Shown here: positions 39,840 through 49,505 of the stretch, one piece after another
Numbering within the stretch: position 1 is the stretch's first letter
Layout: every line of letters starts with the position of its first letter
Assembly: GCA_037189525.1 (NCBI GenBank)
Contig: JBBCJC010000002.1
Span: 704,001-768,000, forward strand
Length of the DNA stretch: 64,000 bases
DNA from: Gemmatimonadales bacterium
GTDB taxonomy: Bacteria > Gemmatimonadota > Gemmatimonadetes > Gemmatimonadales > GWC2-71-9
Direction: 5' to 3'
Made by a program: the position numbers and the translations under genes
Notes under the pieces: generated by a model
What the model was told of the DNA's origin: nothing
Seen by the model: the letters and a program-made list of their open reading frames with translations, nothing else
Database searches by the model: none

Positions 39840-42239
39840 CTAGGGGACCTTGGGAATACGCACGCGAACCGTCGCTTCATACTCAAACGGCTCGGTGTCG
39901 CCGAACATACCGCTGATCACGTTGATCTGCTGCGCCAGGTTGTTGCCCGCGCCCACTAGCACGAATCGGTTACCGAAGAGTTTGGCGGTGACCACATTGG
40001 GCTGACCCGGCGGCTGTTCCGAGGCATTGGCCTTCAGGAACTTCACCAGCCGCTCCGGGCTCGAGATCAGGTCCCAGTTCGGCGTGACCCGCCCCCGGAC
40101 GAACGCCAGCTCGGACGGCAGCAGATCGATCCCGACGCCCTCGACCCACCCGATCGGATCGTCGGCCCGATTGAAGATCGGCGCGGGGCGAACCCAGAGC
40201 TCGCGCGCTATCGCGGAGACCCGATTCTTCTCGGCCAGCTCGTCCTTTTCTCGCTCGGCGTCGATGTCGGAGAGCCAGTCGGGCGTGAAGCGCTGCCCGA
40301 TGAAATCATCGACGCCATCGAGCAACTGGTCGATCCGATCCAGATCCGCTTCGATCGCGATCTTCTGGGCGACCGTCGTGGCGGTCTTGAGCTTTTCCTC
40401 GAGATCCTTCTTGACGTCGATGATGCCGCCGACCCGCAGGTGGCGGTCCTTGAGTGTGGTGCCTTCGAGGAACTCGCCGAAGCCGTGCCGCGTGGTGCCG
40501 TGAACCATGATCGCCATCCGCGCGTCCTTCGGCAGATGGAACTGCTCCTTCTGATTGATCGGCACCAGGTCGTCTTCGTCGACATCGCCGAGGATCTTGG
40601 CCTGCCAGCGTCCGTTGATGCAGGTTTTGATCCGGACCGGCGCATGGTCCTCGGCGAAGGTGAGCGACTCGAACGTGATGTCGACCTGCTGCAGGAGCTC
40701 GACCTCGGAGCCGTCCGGATCATGCCAACCAAGCGCCAGATCGAAGGCATAGACCTCTCCTTCGTCGGGGTTGGCGGCGGGCAGCTTGTCCAGCGGCACG
40801 ATCACCCGCGCCTGCTTGGGCGCCTGGCCGGGCTGCTCGGGGGGCATGAGCACGACCTTGGGGAGGACGGAATCGTGGAACCGGATGTCCGAGGCCCAAC
40901 GGGGTGTCTGTTTGTCGCCGCCCACGAACGGCGCCATCCGGATCTGCATCAGCAGGCGGGGCCGGATCGCGATGGTGTTGCGCATGAAGCGGGTGGTGGC
41001 GCCGATCGGATGGGGACTGCGGACGAAGCTCCGTTCGGGCAGGTCGACCAGGAACTCGTAATTGCGGTCGCGCAGCGTGATCGGCGCCGTATGGGTCTTG
41101 CCGTCCCGGTCGGATTCGTTCCGGAAGTTGACGTAGCCGCCCTCGGAGGTCGCGAGAAAAAAGAACCGGACCGCCCGGACGCCGCCCTTGTTCTCGGGAA
41201 ACTTGAATCCTTCGTAACGCGAGAACGCAATCGCCTTGCAGGGATGGATCTGGGTCGGGTGGATCTCATCGGCCTGGTCCTCCCGGCCCAACGGCTTGCC
41301 CGCCCGGGCGCAGTCATATGCCCAGCGACCGGCGGCCCAGAAGTGGTCGCCCACCATCGGCCAGTAGGGCCAGCGGGGGTCGAACATCACGCCGTGCGAG
41401 CCGCCGTCGGCCGGGGGCAGCGAGATGGCGCCGACGTCGAAGAGACACTCGATGGCGCCCAGGTCGCCCTCGTCCCGCTTGACGTGCTGGCCGTAGATAT
41501 CGAGCACCGGCTTGAAGCGATCGGTACCGAGCTGCGCTTCGGGCGGATCGATGAAGTCCCTTTCCTGGCTGATCGGGACGTTGCCCTTACCGATCACCTT
41601 CCGGTAGCCGGGCAGCGGGCGGACATGGAAATGCCAACGGGAGAATTTGGTCCACTGGGTATTCGGAACGTCGTTGCAGCCCTGATAGCTCGCGGTGAGG
41701 ACGCCTTCGACCTCGCGCTCCTCCTCCTTTGACGCGTCGCGCGACTCGCCCTGATCGGGGTAGGCGAACTTGGCGGCGTCGTAGCCCGTCCGGCCCACCG
41801 GCACCCAGGCGGGGATGACGCGCATATAGCGGTCGAAGAGCGCGCTCTCGAACGCCTTGGCGATGGCCTTGGCCAGTTCCTTCTTGGCTTCCTCGATCAG
41901 GTCCTTGTCGGTGAACTTCTTGACGGCCGCGTTGACCGCCTCGATGGCGCCCACGATCACATTGACGCCCGGGATGATCTTGAGCAGCGTGTCGAGACCG
42001 TCCACCAGGGCCTTCGCCAGCTTCTGCGTGAAGCCGGATTCGACGAAATCTTGAGGGCCGCGCGCGCCCGAGCGCCGCGCCACCCCGTCGGGTTGCTCGA
42101 GCGACTTGGCGGGCACGGCCTCGTCCCGCTGGTCGACGGCGAGGTCGTAGCTCGGGCAGTTGATCCGATGGAACTGGCGGACCGCGATCTCGTGCGGCTT
42201 GGCCGTGTTGGTGTACTGGTCGATGTTCGCGAACGACAC
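39840..42239 (-). CDS. Hypothetical 799-aa protein, candidate T6SS effector
   Basis: Long ORF with strong codon bias; no signal peptide; 5 nt downstream of the OmpA/PGBD gene in the PAAR operon. Confidence 0.75.
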   Translation of the reverse strand: MSFANIDQYTNTAKPHEIAVRQFHRINCPSYDLAVDQRDEAVPAKSLEQPDGVARRSGARGPQDFVESGFTQKLAKALVDGLDTLLKIIPGVNVIVGAIEAVNAAVKKFTDKDLIEEAKKELAKAIAKAFESALFDRYMRVIPAWVPVGRTGYDAAKFAYPDQGESRDASKEEEREVEGVLTASYQGCNDVPNTQWTKFSRWHFHVRPLPGYRKVIGKGNVPISQERDFIDPPEAQLGTDRFKPVLDIYGQHVKRDEGDLGAIECLFDVGAISLPPADGGSHGVMFDPRWPYWPMVGDHFWAAGRWAYDCARAGKPLGREDQADEIHPTQIHPCKAIAFSRYEGFKFPENKGGVRAVRFFFLATSEGGYVNFRNESDRDGKTHTAPITLRDRNYEFLVDLPERSFVRSPHPIGATTRFMRNTIAIRPRLLMQIRMAPFVGGDKQTPRWASDIRFHDSVLPKVVLMPPEQPGQAPKQARVIVPLDKLPAANPDEGEVYAFDLALGWHDPDGSEVELLQQVDITFESLTFAEDHAPVRIKTCINGRWQAKILGDVDEDDLVPINQKEQFHLPKDARMAIMVHGTTRHGFGEFLEGTTLKDRHLRVGGIIDVKKDLEEKLKTATTVAQKIAIEADLDRIDQLLDGVDDFIGQRFTPDWLSDIDAEREKDELAEKNRVSAIARELWVRPAPIFNRADDPIGWVEGVGIDLLPSELAFVRGRVTPNWDLISSPERLVKFLKANASEQPPGQPNVVTAKLFGNRFVLVGAGNNLAQQINVISGMFGDTEPFEYEATVRVRIPKVP

Positions 42240-42244
42240 GCCGG

Positions 42245-43975
42245 TCAGCTCCCGTAGTCCTCGAAGAGCTGCTTCGACGTGGGCTCGTCGCGCACTCCGG
42301 TCTCCTCGAGCTTGTGGTCCCGCTGATAGGCCACGATTACGCGGCGGCGGTCGTCGGCGTCCCAGTTCGCAAAGTCTTTGCCGGTATCGTCGGGTCCGTA
42401 GCCCAGATTGTAGAGGCGCTGAAGCATGCCCAGGTCGGCGTCCGCGTCGGACGGCGGCGGCGCATCGAGATCGAAATCCGGATCGAAGCCGTCGTCGGAC
42501 GGTTCCTGGGCACGAAGGGGCTTGAGCGCGCCGCCGTCGAGCCGGATCAGATGAAAGGTGTCCTCGTCCGGGAAGGCCTGCGAATCGACCGTGCCAGCGC
42601 CGGTCTCCGGTTCCGGGGTATCGGGATCGCGGTAGATGTCGAGCTTGAGGGCGATCTTCGTCGTGGGATGGAAGGCGGGCAGACCGATCACGCCGTTGAC
42701 GGTGGTTCGGCCCCGGATCACGGGCGCATCACGCGAGTCGCCCACGATCGCGACGAAGCGGCGGTTGGCAAGCGGAACCTGCTCGGCTGGCGGTGTCGGG
42801 CGGTCGAATCGGGTAAAGGTCGGCCGGTCGATCATGATCTGGAGCACCCAGATGCGGAGGTCGCGCTCACAGGGCGAATGCAGTGCCACGCCGTGATAGA
42901 AGCGGCAGCCGAACGTCGTCTCCTCGCGTCCCAGCTCCTTCGCCAGCTCCGGATTGGGCGGCGTCAGATTGCGCCGGTGCTCCGGTACCTCGCGGCCGAA
43001 CCGGCGCCGCTGAGTGTCGAATGCGGTTTCGCGCCGCTGCTTACCGTTCGACCAGAACCGCTTGGTGCAGCCTGTGATACCCTGTGCGGCAGCCGGGCAG
43101 GGCCACTTGTCGGGATCGATCCGGGTGCCCTTCGCGAACAGGAAGACGATGACTCGGCGGTTGGGGGCGTTGAGCGCGTCTCGACTCGCCTTGCCCTCGT
43201 CGCCGGCTTTCTCGAGCGCCGCGAGCTCCTCGCGCCCCATCAGGAACTGGGGATTGAACTCGCTGCAACCTTGGAAGGTTGCCTTGGCCTTTCCGCGGCC
43301 CAGGAAATCGTCATCGGTGAGTTCCGGAAAGTCTTCCTCGCCTTCGACGCTCGTGCGGAGGAAATCCATATACTTACCGAAGATCACGGCCCGGTTTGCC
43401 TTGGTGTTGGTGGCCGTGGAGCCAGGTGGCTGGTCGAGCGCCGCGGCGATCGCTTCGGCGGTCAGCGTATCTTGCTTACCGTCGAAGTTGCCGGGGGTGA
43501 ATCCCAGAGCGTCGAGCATCAGCTGAACCGAGCGCAGGCCCCAGGCATCGCCGGACGCGCCTTGGGGGTCGGAGTAGAGTGCTTCCCAGATCGCCACGTC
43601 CCGCCGCATCACGGCGTAGATCGAGCGGGCCCGCCGTTCGCTCAGCCACTTGTTGTAGATGTCGTTGCCGCTCGGGTCGGCGTGGCCGAAGAGCGACATC
43701 GGACAGCCGGGGTGGCGGCGGATGATCCGGCCCAGGCTTTGGAACCCCTCCCGTGCCTCAGGCGCGACGACCGAGGAGTCGAAGGCGAAGTTCGAGGGAT
43801 ACAGATTGGCGCAGGCCACCGCGACCGTGTCCTTCCGCACGGTATTGAACGCCTTGGCGCGGTCGCTGGCGGTCGGAGCGACGATGACCGGTAGCACCGC
43901 TCGGTTCGCATGACTGGCGAAGATGCCGGCGGTGGTCTCGTCGACCATGTCGGGAATGTAGATCGAGTTGGCCAT
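42245..43975 (-). CDS. OmpA-like/peptidoglycan-binding multidomain protein without signal peptide
   Basis: FAFDSSVV; GHADPSG..YNKWLSERRA; inserted VQLMLDALGF.PG.FDG; GCSEFNP..NRRV; C-terminal LQRLYNLGY..YQRDHKL..TG; start at MANSIY. Confidence 0.8.
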   Translation of the reverse strand: MANSIYIPDMVDETTAGIFASHANRAVLPVIVAPTASDRAKAFNTVRKDTVAVACANLYPSNFAFDSSVVAPEAREGFQSLGRIIRRHPGCPMSLFGHADPSGNDIYNKWLSERRARSIYAVMRRDVAIWEALYSDPQGASGDAWGLRSVQLMLDALGFTPGNFDGKQDTLTAEAIAAALDQPPGSTATNTKANRAVIFGKYMDFLRTSVEGEEDFPELTDDDFLGRGKAKATFQGCSEFNPQFLMGREELAALEKAGDEGKASRDALNAPNRRVIVFLFAKGTRIDPDKWPCPAAAQGITGCTKRFWSNGKQRRETAFDTQRRRFGREVPEHRRNLTPPNPELAKELGREETTFGCRFYHGVALHSPCERDLRIWVLQIMIDRPTFTRFDRPTPPAEQVPLANRRFVAIVGDSRDAPVIRGRTTVNGVIGLPAFHPTTKIALKLDIYRDPDTPEPETGAGTVDSQAFPDEDTFHLIRLDGGALKPLRAQEPSDDGFDPDFDLDAPPPSDADADLGMLQRLYNLGYGPDDTGKDFANWDADDRRRVIVAYQRDHKLEETGVRDEPTSKQLFEDYGS

Positions 43976-43977
43976 GG

Positions 43978-45408
43978 TCAGGGCACGGTTTCGTCGGGCA
44001 GCAGATCGCCGTGCTCGTGCGCAATCCGGTTGTAAACCTTGGGGTCGTCGAACTTGCCGGTAACCTTCATCTTGTGGTCGAACTCGAATTCCTCGGTGGC
44101 CCAGCGCAACTGCACCTCGTCCTCGACGGCAAAGCCGGCAAAGTAGCCCAGGTTGTTGAGTCGCATCTGGACGCCGCGAATCGTGTTGGCGGGCGCGAGT
44201 TCTCCGATCCGCATCCACAGTGTCAGTTCGGCCGGGGAGTCGGCCGGCGGTTCGACCTCATCGTCGGGGGGCCGTTCGGCGGCGGGTTCGTGCACCGCGA
44301 GTTCGCCCGCGCGGTGCGTGTGAGAGAGCGCCTGCGACAGGCGCCCGTCGCCGTCGGTCGTATTGCCCACCACGCCGTCGACGGCTGCGCCGTCTCCGCC
44401 GGTGCCGAGGACGATGCGCGCCGTGCGATCGGCCATCGGCATCCGGTCGGCGTCGAGGACCTTGAGATTGAGCAGCAGCGCGGGCGCCGTGCCGACGAAC
44501 GCGTGCTCCTGATCGGCTGAGCGGGAAAACCGGCGCAGTTTGCGGGGCGGAGCGAGGAGCTGGTCGCTCGGCATCAGCGTGAACGGGTTGACGCGCTCCT
44601 TGCGGAGATCGTTGTTCGCGGAGTCTTCCCAGACGGTTCGCCAGCTCCGGAACTGCGCCTGGGTCGAGACGACCGCCGTATGCTCACCGGGCTGGAGGAC
44701 ATGCTCCAGCGGCTCGGTGCGCTCGTCCGCCGCGATGGCTTCGCCCTCGTCGCCTCCGTCGGCCCGGACGGCGCGATCCTCGAGGTTGAGGAAGGTGACG
44801 TGGTAGCTGCCCGGCTCGATCCCGTCGTGGCGGGCGCGGCCTCGGCCGTCTAGGAGCCCGGCGATCGGCTCGTTCTCGCCCAGCTGGAGCTCGTAGGGTT
44901 CGCCGACCATCGGATTTCCATCGTCGTCCACCAACGCGATCTCGATCCAGTGCAGCTGGGTCGGGTTCGGGGGCGGCGGCACGAAGCGCGAGGCCGCGAC
45001 CACTTCCTGCGCGCCTTGCGAGGCGCAGTCGGTGCGCGTGAAGGCCAGGCCCTTGGCCTTGGCGGCCGCCATGGTGAAGCCGGCCGCGCCGCCCGCGCCG
45101 CCGCCGGAGTCGCCGATCGTGACATTGGGAGAGCCCGCGACGATCGTTCCGCCATGGGCGGTCTGGTCGCCCATGCGTGCCGCGGGGATGCCGCCGATCA
45201 GGCAGGTCGGCGATCCGGCGACGATGACGTCGGGTGGCCCGACGCACATCGCCACGTCGCCGACGCGCGCGGCCGGCAGCCCATTGATCAGCACGGTCGG
45301 CGCGCCCTGGAACATGATGGGCCCGCCCACGTGCGGAATGGGCACGACGGCCGGCGTCTGCATCGGGCAGGCGTGCATGTCGGTGAGCCGCGCAGCCGGT
45401 TTCGACAT
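43978..45408 (-). CDS. PAAR spike-tip protein with C-terminal TTR-like, LysM-like and PG-binding domains
   Basis: PAARLTD, PAARVGD, PAARMGD with His/Cys ligands (HACP, PHVGG, AHGG); about 370-aa extension. Confidence 0.92.
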   Translation of the reverse strand: MSKPAARLTDMHACPMQTPAVVPIPHVGGPIMFQGAPTVLINGLPAARVGDVAMCVGPPDVIVAGSPTCLIGGIPAARMGDQTAHGGTIVAGSPNVTIGDSGGGAGGAAGFTMAAAKAKGLAFTRTDCASQGAQEVVAASRFVPPPPNPTQLHWIEIALVDDDGNPMVGEPYELQLGENEPIAGLLDGRGRARHDGIEPGSYHVTFLNLEDRAVRADGGDEGEAIAADERTEPLEHVLQPGEHTAVVSTQAQFRSWRTVWEDSANNDLRKERVNPFTLMPSDQLLAPPRKLRRFSRSADQEHAFVGTAPALLLNLKVLDADRMPMADRTARIVLGTGGDGAAVDGVVGNTTDGDGRLSQALSHTHRAGELAVHEPAAERPPDDEVEPPADSPAELTLWMRIGELAPANTIRGVQMRLNNLGYFAGFAVEDEVQLRWATEEFEFDHKMKVTGKFDDPKVYNRIAHEHGDLLPDETVP

Positions 45409-45605
45409 GCCTGCAACATCGGATCAGGCCGGCCCCGTGTCTAGTCCGTCCGATGTCCCGCGGTTGCGGATGTGGAAGCCGGTGTCGTCATGGCGATGCA
45501 GGAGGGAACGCTCCGGGTACCGGAGGCCGGTGTCCCGACCGGCCGGACGATGCATGCGGGCGCGATGCTCTGGACGCCCGGCCCGAACGTTCCGAGATTA
45601 TCGAG

Positions 45606-48600
45606 ATGACTCCTCCGCCCGCAGGTACCCGAATTCGAAGGCGCGAGGCCGGCTCTTCGTTCGATCGGGCTACCGGGTCGGTCCATCGCTTCGTTTTTGG
45701 CCGATTTCGCTCCCGCCGGTTGGAGGTTGAGGACGCTCATTTCAACCTGAACAGCGCGGTGCTGCTGCCGGACGCCGTCGGCGCGGACGACAGTGATCAG
45801 AATCACGTCACCGGGCTCGGCGTGCTCCGGACCGCCTACCTGCATGCGCAGCGGCATGACGCCGACCGTCTCCTGGTAGCCGGGCACACGGATCGCTTGG
45901 GGTCCGATGCCGACAACCTGACCCTCTCGCGACGACGCTCCGCCAACGTACTCCACCTGCTCCTGGGCGACCGGGATGCCTGGGCCGCGTCGTCCCAGCA
46001 ACAACACAAAAATGAGGACATCCAGGAGATTCTGGCCTGGGTCGACCGCACGTTCGGCTGGGGGTGTCATCCGGGGCCTGTCACGGCCGCGATGAACGAT
46101 CAGACCCGGGCGGCCCTCCGCGCTTTCAAGACGCGCTACAATACCGAGTTCGACCCCGATATCACGGTCACGGGATCGATCGACGTACCGACGTGGAAGG
46201 CGTTCTTCGACCTGTATTTCCTGGAGCTCAAGGGGATGCTCCGGACCGACGACGCCGGACTCGCCACGCTCCGGTCGGGGCTCCGCTTCGTCGATGACGG
46301 GAAGAAGGGGGTCGGCTGCGGTGAGCACCATCCCGTCACCGCCGCTCATACCAGTCGAGTCGACCGCCGAGTCGAACTCCTGTTCTTCGATGCTGCCGAG
46401 CTACCGCTGCTCGACTGCCACCCGTCGGCGACGGGATGCGTACCCGGCAAATGTGAGATCTATCCGCCCGGCGCGGTATTCGACGTCGATCCGATTCCGG
46501 CCGACGATTGGACCGTGCTGCCGGTGCACCTTCGGCTCCAGTGGAAGGGGCCGGATGAGTCCGAGCACGATTTTCCCCCGGGCTTTCCGGTCATCGTCGT
46601 TCCCGGCGGAGGGGGCGCGGAGATCAACGCGCAAGTCGGCGCCGACGGCCGGCTGACCTTTTCGCTCGACCGCCGGCTCGGCTCGTTCACGCTCCGATTC
46701 GAGACGGCAAACGCGGCCTTCATCACCTCGCCGCCCGGCGGGGTGACCGGCGTCGAGGAGATGGTCTTCGAGCCCGAGCTGGCGCAGCAGATCCGCGACC
46801 GGCGGCGGTTCTGGAAGCTTCCCGCGCAGTGGTCGCTGCGCATGGCGGATTGGGCGGGTCCTACGGAGGGCGATGCCACCACGGCCGTGTTTGCCAGCCA
46901 CGAGTTCACCGGCCTCGACGATGCGTCCAAGACGGTGGGCAAACGGTCGGCGCCGGTCCGCTTCGTGCTCGATCCGCATTGGCAGTTCCTCCGCCTCACC
47001 TATTTCGACCGCTTTCACAAACGGCGGATCAGCATTCCGCGCAGTGTGGTCGAAGGGTTTCTCACGGTCGCGGCCGGCGATGCGACCGATGCCGTTCCCG
47101 ATACGGTCAGCAATTGGACCGTCAACACCGACGAGGACGCGCGGCAGTGTCTGCCGTGGGTGGTGCAACGGGACGGGTCCGGCGCCGCGGCGCCCAAGCC
47201 CGACGGGGCCGGCATGCTCAGGTACCGATCGATGGCCGGTACCTTCATCGAGTCGAGCGCGCCCAACACGCGGCGGCTCGTAACGGTGAGTAGCTCGGGT
47301 GATCCCACGCCGGCCAGTCCGTTCATCAATGCCGGGTTGGGCACGTCGGTGGACCTCAACATTCCCAATGCGGATCGGCTCCGGTTCTACGACCTGCCGG
47401 AGATCTGGAAATCGCGCGGGTACTTCGGGCGGCTCACCAACGCCGCCGGCCCGGGGCCGGTGGCCGATAATTTCTACGACCAGCTTGCCACGCAACCGAC
47501 CAGCGACGAGCGCCCGCTCTCGTTTTCGCTCGACGATATCGTGCTCTTCGAGGGGACGGACACCGGCGCGCTGAGCCGGCCGCTGCCCTGGAACGGCGGG
47601 ACCGATCGGCTGGCGCTCTTCGTCAACACCTTCGCGCCGCCGTCGGGCACGGTTACGTCCGATCCGTTCCAGGGTCTGGGCCTCTACAAGCCGGATACGG
47701 CAGGGAATCTGCCGTTCCTCAGCGAACGGGTGGCCGACACGGCGAATCGCAACTACGTCGCGGACTACCCCGATTGGGTCCGGCTGGTGGTCACGGGCGG
47801 TAATCTGTTCGACTGCTTCGATCGGCGGACGCCGGACGCCGCCGGACAGACGGTCGGAGCGCGGGCGGCGGTCCGGTTCGTGGATCTGACGCCGGCCGGC
47901 GTCGGCGTGGCGCCAGGCGCGCAGAAGGTGGCCCGCTCGCCGACCGCGGTCCGATTCTTCGTGGTGCAGCCGCTTTTCGACGCCATCACGCCGTACGCCT
48001 CGCCCGACCGGCTCTTTCCGAACAGTCGGGTCGGTCGTTTCGATATCGTGCTGCTCCGGTGCTGCGACGCCGACGGTACGACGGAGATTGCCCTCAACCT
48101 CCACTATTTCCGGTTCGCCTTCACCTTCACGCAGCAAGCGATGGAGAACGGCGCGCCGGTCCCGAACCACGCCGCGCCCGCCAATCTCGCGGGGCCGGTC
48201 GCCGCGCAGTTTCAGATCGACGCCATCGGCAACACGCTGGGGCGCTGGAACGGCCAGGACGGCCGCGGGGGCGGCGTCGATATCGTGCCGGCGACGGGCT
48301 CCGCGCTGCGGGTAATGGCGCGCTGGTTCGCGCAGGCGCTGCCGACGGGCGTATCGCACTTCCTGCTCCGCGTCTACCTTCCCGATACCCGCGCATTCAT
48401 GGGCAGCTTCGACGGCGACGGCGAGATGGGCCTCGAGGACAATCCGGGGGCCTGGGTGACGCTGGCGGGTCCGCCGCTCAGCACCAATCCCGATGTCAGC
48501 GCGACACCGGGCGACAGTCTCGTCATTGCGCACGAAGCGGGGCACGGCAACGGCTTGACCGACGAGTATACCGAGTCGTCCCGGACGGCGACCTATCTCT

Positions 48601-49505
48601 CGCAGCCGGGGATCTACAGTTTCTCCCCCGGCTCGCCCTACGATTCCGATGGGCGCTCGATGATGCTCTCCAATCGGAACGTGCGGGCCCGGCATTTCTG
48701 GCACGCGGCCGAGTGGGTCCGCCGGCAGGTGCCCGGCAATCCACCGCTTCAGGTGCGCCAGCGGATCGGCGGCACCACCTACGACTATCGGTTGCCCCCG
48801 CATCCGACGCTCGGCCGCCACTATACCACCGAGCCCTGGCACCAGGCCGCCGATACCAGCCGGGGTACGCGGGGACGGTACGATGCGTTCCTCTACACCC
48901 TCTCGCAGGACGAGTTCAGCCACCAGGTGATGGCAGGCGGTCACTTTGCCGGTGGCGCGCCGGCAGACGCGTTCGACGGCATTCTGATCATCGTGGTCAA
49001 GCTGCGGGTCCGCTTTCACGAAGATCTGTCGACGGTGGTCCGACCCGGGCTGGTGCAGATGACGCGGACCATCCAGGCCGCTTTCAACGACAAATGGATG
49101 GCGTCCGGGACGGCGCGAGGACGGCGGTTCGAGCGGTGCCTGCTGCATTTCGCGCCACGGTATGTGGTCCGCAACTATCCGGGCGACGCCTCTGACGCGA
49201 CCTTCCGGGGTCGTTACCATGCCGGCATGGGGATCACCAATCAGGCCGGGCTCGACAGCCGCGTCTCGAACCTGGTGGCGACGCACGGGATCCATTTCCG
49301 GATTCGCACCGCGGCAAGCGGCACGACTGCCTGGCAATCGTCTCATCTCCGGCTGGTGGTCGACGGTGGTCCGGGTGTCGCGCCCGGACTCGAAACAGCC
49401 TTCGGCGAAATGCTGGGCATCGATGGCACGCCCATCTCGGCGGCCGCGAGCTTCGTCGGGGTGGCCCAGGCGGTGTTGAGCGATTGTCGAGTCGTCGCGT
49501 TGTGA
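45606..49505 (+). CDS. About 1300-aa candidate T6SS effector: OmpA/PGBD N-terminus, C-terminal zinc metallopeptidase
   Basis: HFNLNSAVLLP; GHTDRLG..NLTLSRRR; GCGEHHP..DRRVE; HEAGHGNGLTDEY plus SMM Met-turn; start placed at MTPPPAG. Confidence 0.8.
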   Translation: MTPPPAGTRIRRREAGSSFDRATGSVHRFVFGRFRSRRLEVEDAHFNLNSAVLLPDAVGADDSDQNHVTGLGVLRTAYLHAQRHDADRLLVAGHTDRLGSDADNLTLSRRRSANVLHLLLGDRDAWAASSQQQHKNEDIQEILAWVDRTFGWGCHPGPVTAAMNDQTRAALRAFKTRYNTEFDPDITVTGSIDVPTWKAFFDLYFLELKGMLRTDDAGLATLRSGLRFVDDGKKGVGCGEHHPVTAAHTSRVDRRVELLFFDAAELPLLDCHPSATGCVPGKCEIYPPGAVFDVDPIPADDWTVLPVHLRLQWKGPDESEHDFPPGFPVIVVPGGGGAEINAQVGADGRLTFSLDRRLGSFTLRFETANAAFITSPPGGVTGVEEMVFEPELAQQIRDRRRFWKLPAQWSLRMADWAGPTEGDATTAVFASHEFTGLDDASKTVGKRSAPVRFVLDPHWQFLRLTYFDRFHKRRISIPRSVVEGFLTVAAGDATDAVPDTVSNWTVNTDEDARQCLPWVVQRDGSGAAAPKPDGAGMLRYRSMAGTFIESSAPNTRRLVTVSSSGDPTPASPFINAGLGTSVDLNIPNADRLRFYDLPEIWKSRGYFGRLTNAAGPGPVADNFYDQLATQPTSDERPLSFSLDDIVLFEGTDTGALSRPLPWNGGTDRLALFVNTFAPPSGTVTSDPFQGLGLYKPDTAGNLPFLSERVADTANRNYVADYPDWVRLVVTGGNLFDCFDRRTPDAAGQTVGARAAVRFVDLTPAGVGVAPGAQKVARSPTAVRFFVVQPLFDAITPYASPDRLFPNSRVGRFDIVLLRCCDADGTTEIALNLHYFRFAFTFTQQAMENGAPVPNHAAPANLAGPVAAQFQIDAIGNTLGRWNGQDGRGGGVDIVPATGSALRVMARWFAQALPTGVSHFLLRVYLPDTRAFMGSFDGDGEMGLEDNPGAWVTLAGPPLSTNPDVSATPGDSLVIAHEAGHGNGLTDEYTESSRTATYLSQPGIYSFSPGSPYDSDGRSMMLSNRNVRARHFWHAAEWVRRQVPGNPPLQVRQRIGGTTYDYRLPPHPTLGRHYTTEPWHQAADTSRGTRGRYDAFLYTLSQDEFSHQVMAGGHFAGGAPADAFDGILIIVVKLRVRFHEDLSTVVRPGLVQMTRTIQAAFNDKWMASGTARGRRFERCLLHFAPRYVVRNYPGDASDATFRGRYHAGMGITNQAGLDSRVSNLVATHGIHFRIRTAASGTTAWQSSHLRLVVDGGPGVAPGLETAFGEMLGIDGTPISAAASFVGVAQAVLSDCRVVAL

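Noticed and set aside
45409..45605. Riboswitch or ncRNA in the divergent PAAR/effector spacer, and the ORF-track start at 45453
   Set aside because: No recognisable RNA motif; the extra 51 codons look non-coding, so the start was placed at 45606 (uncertain)
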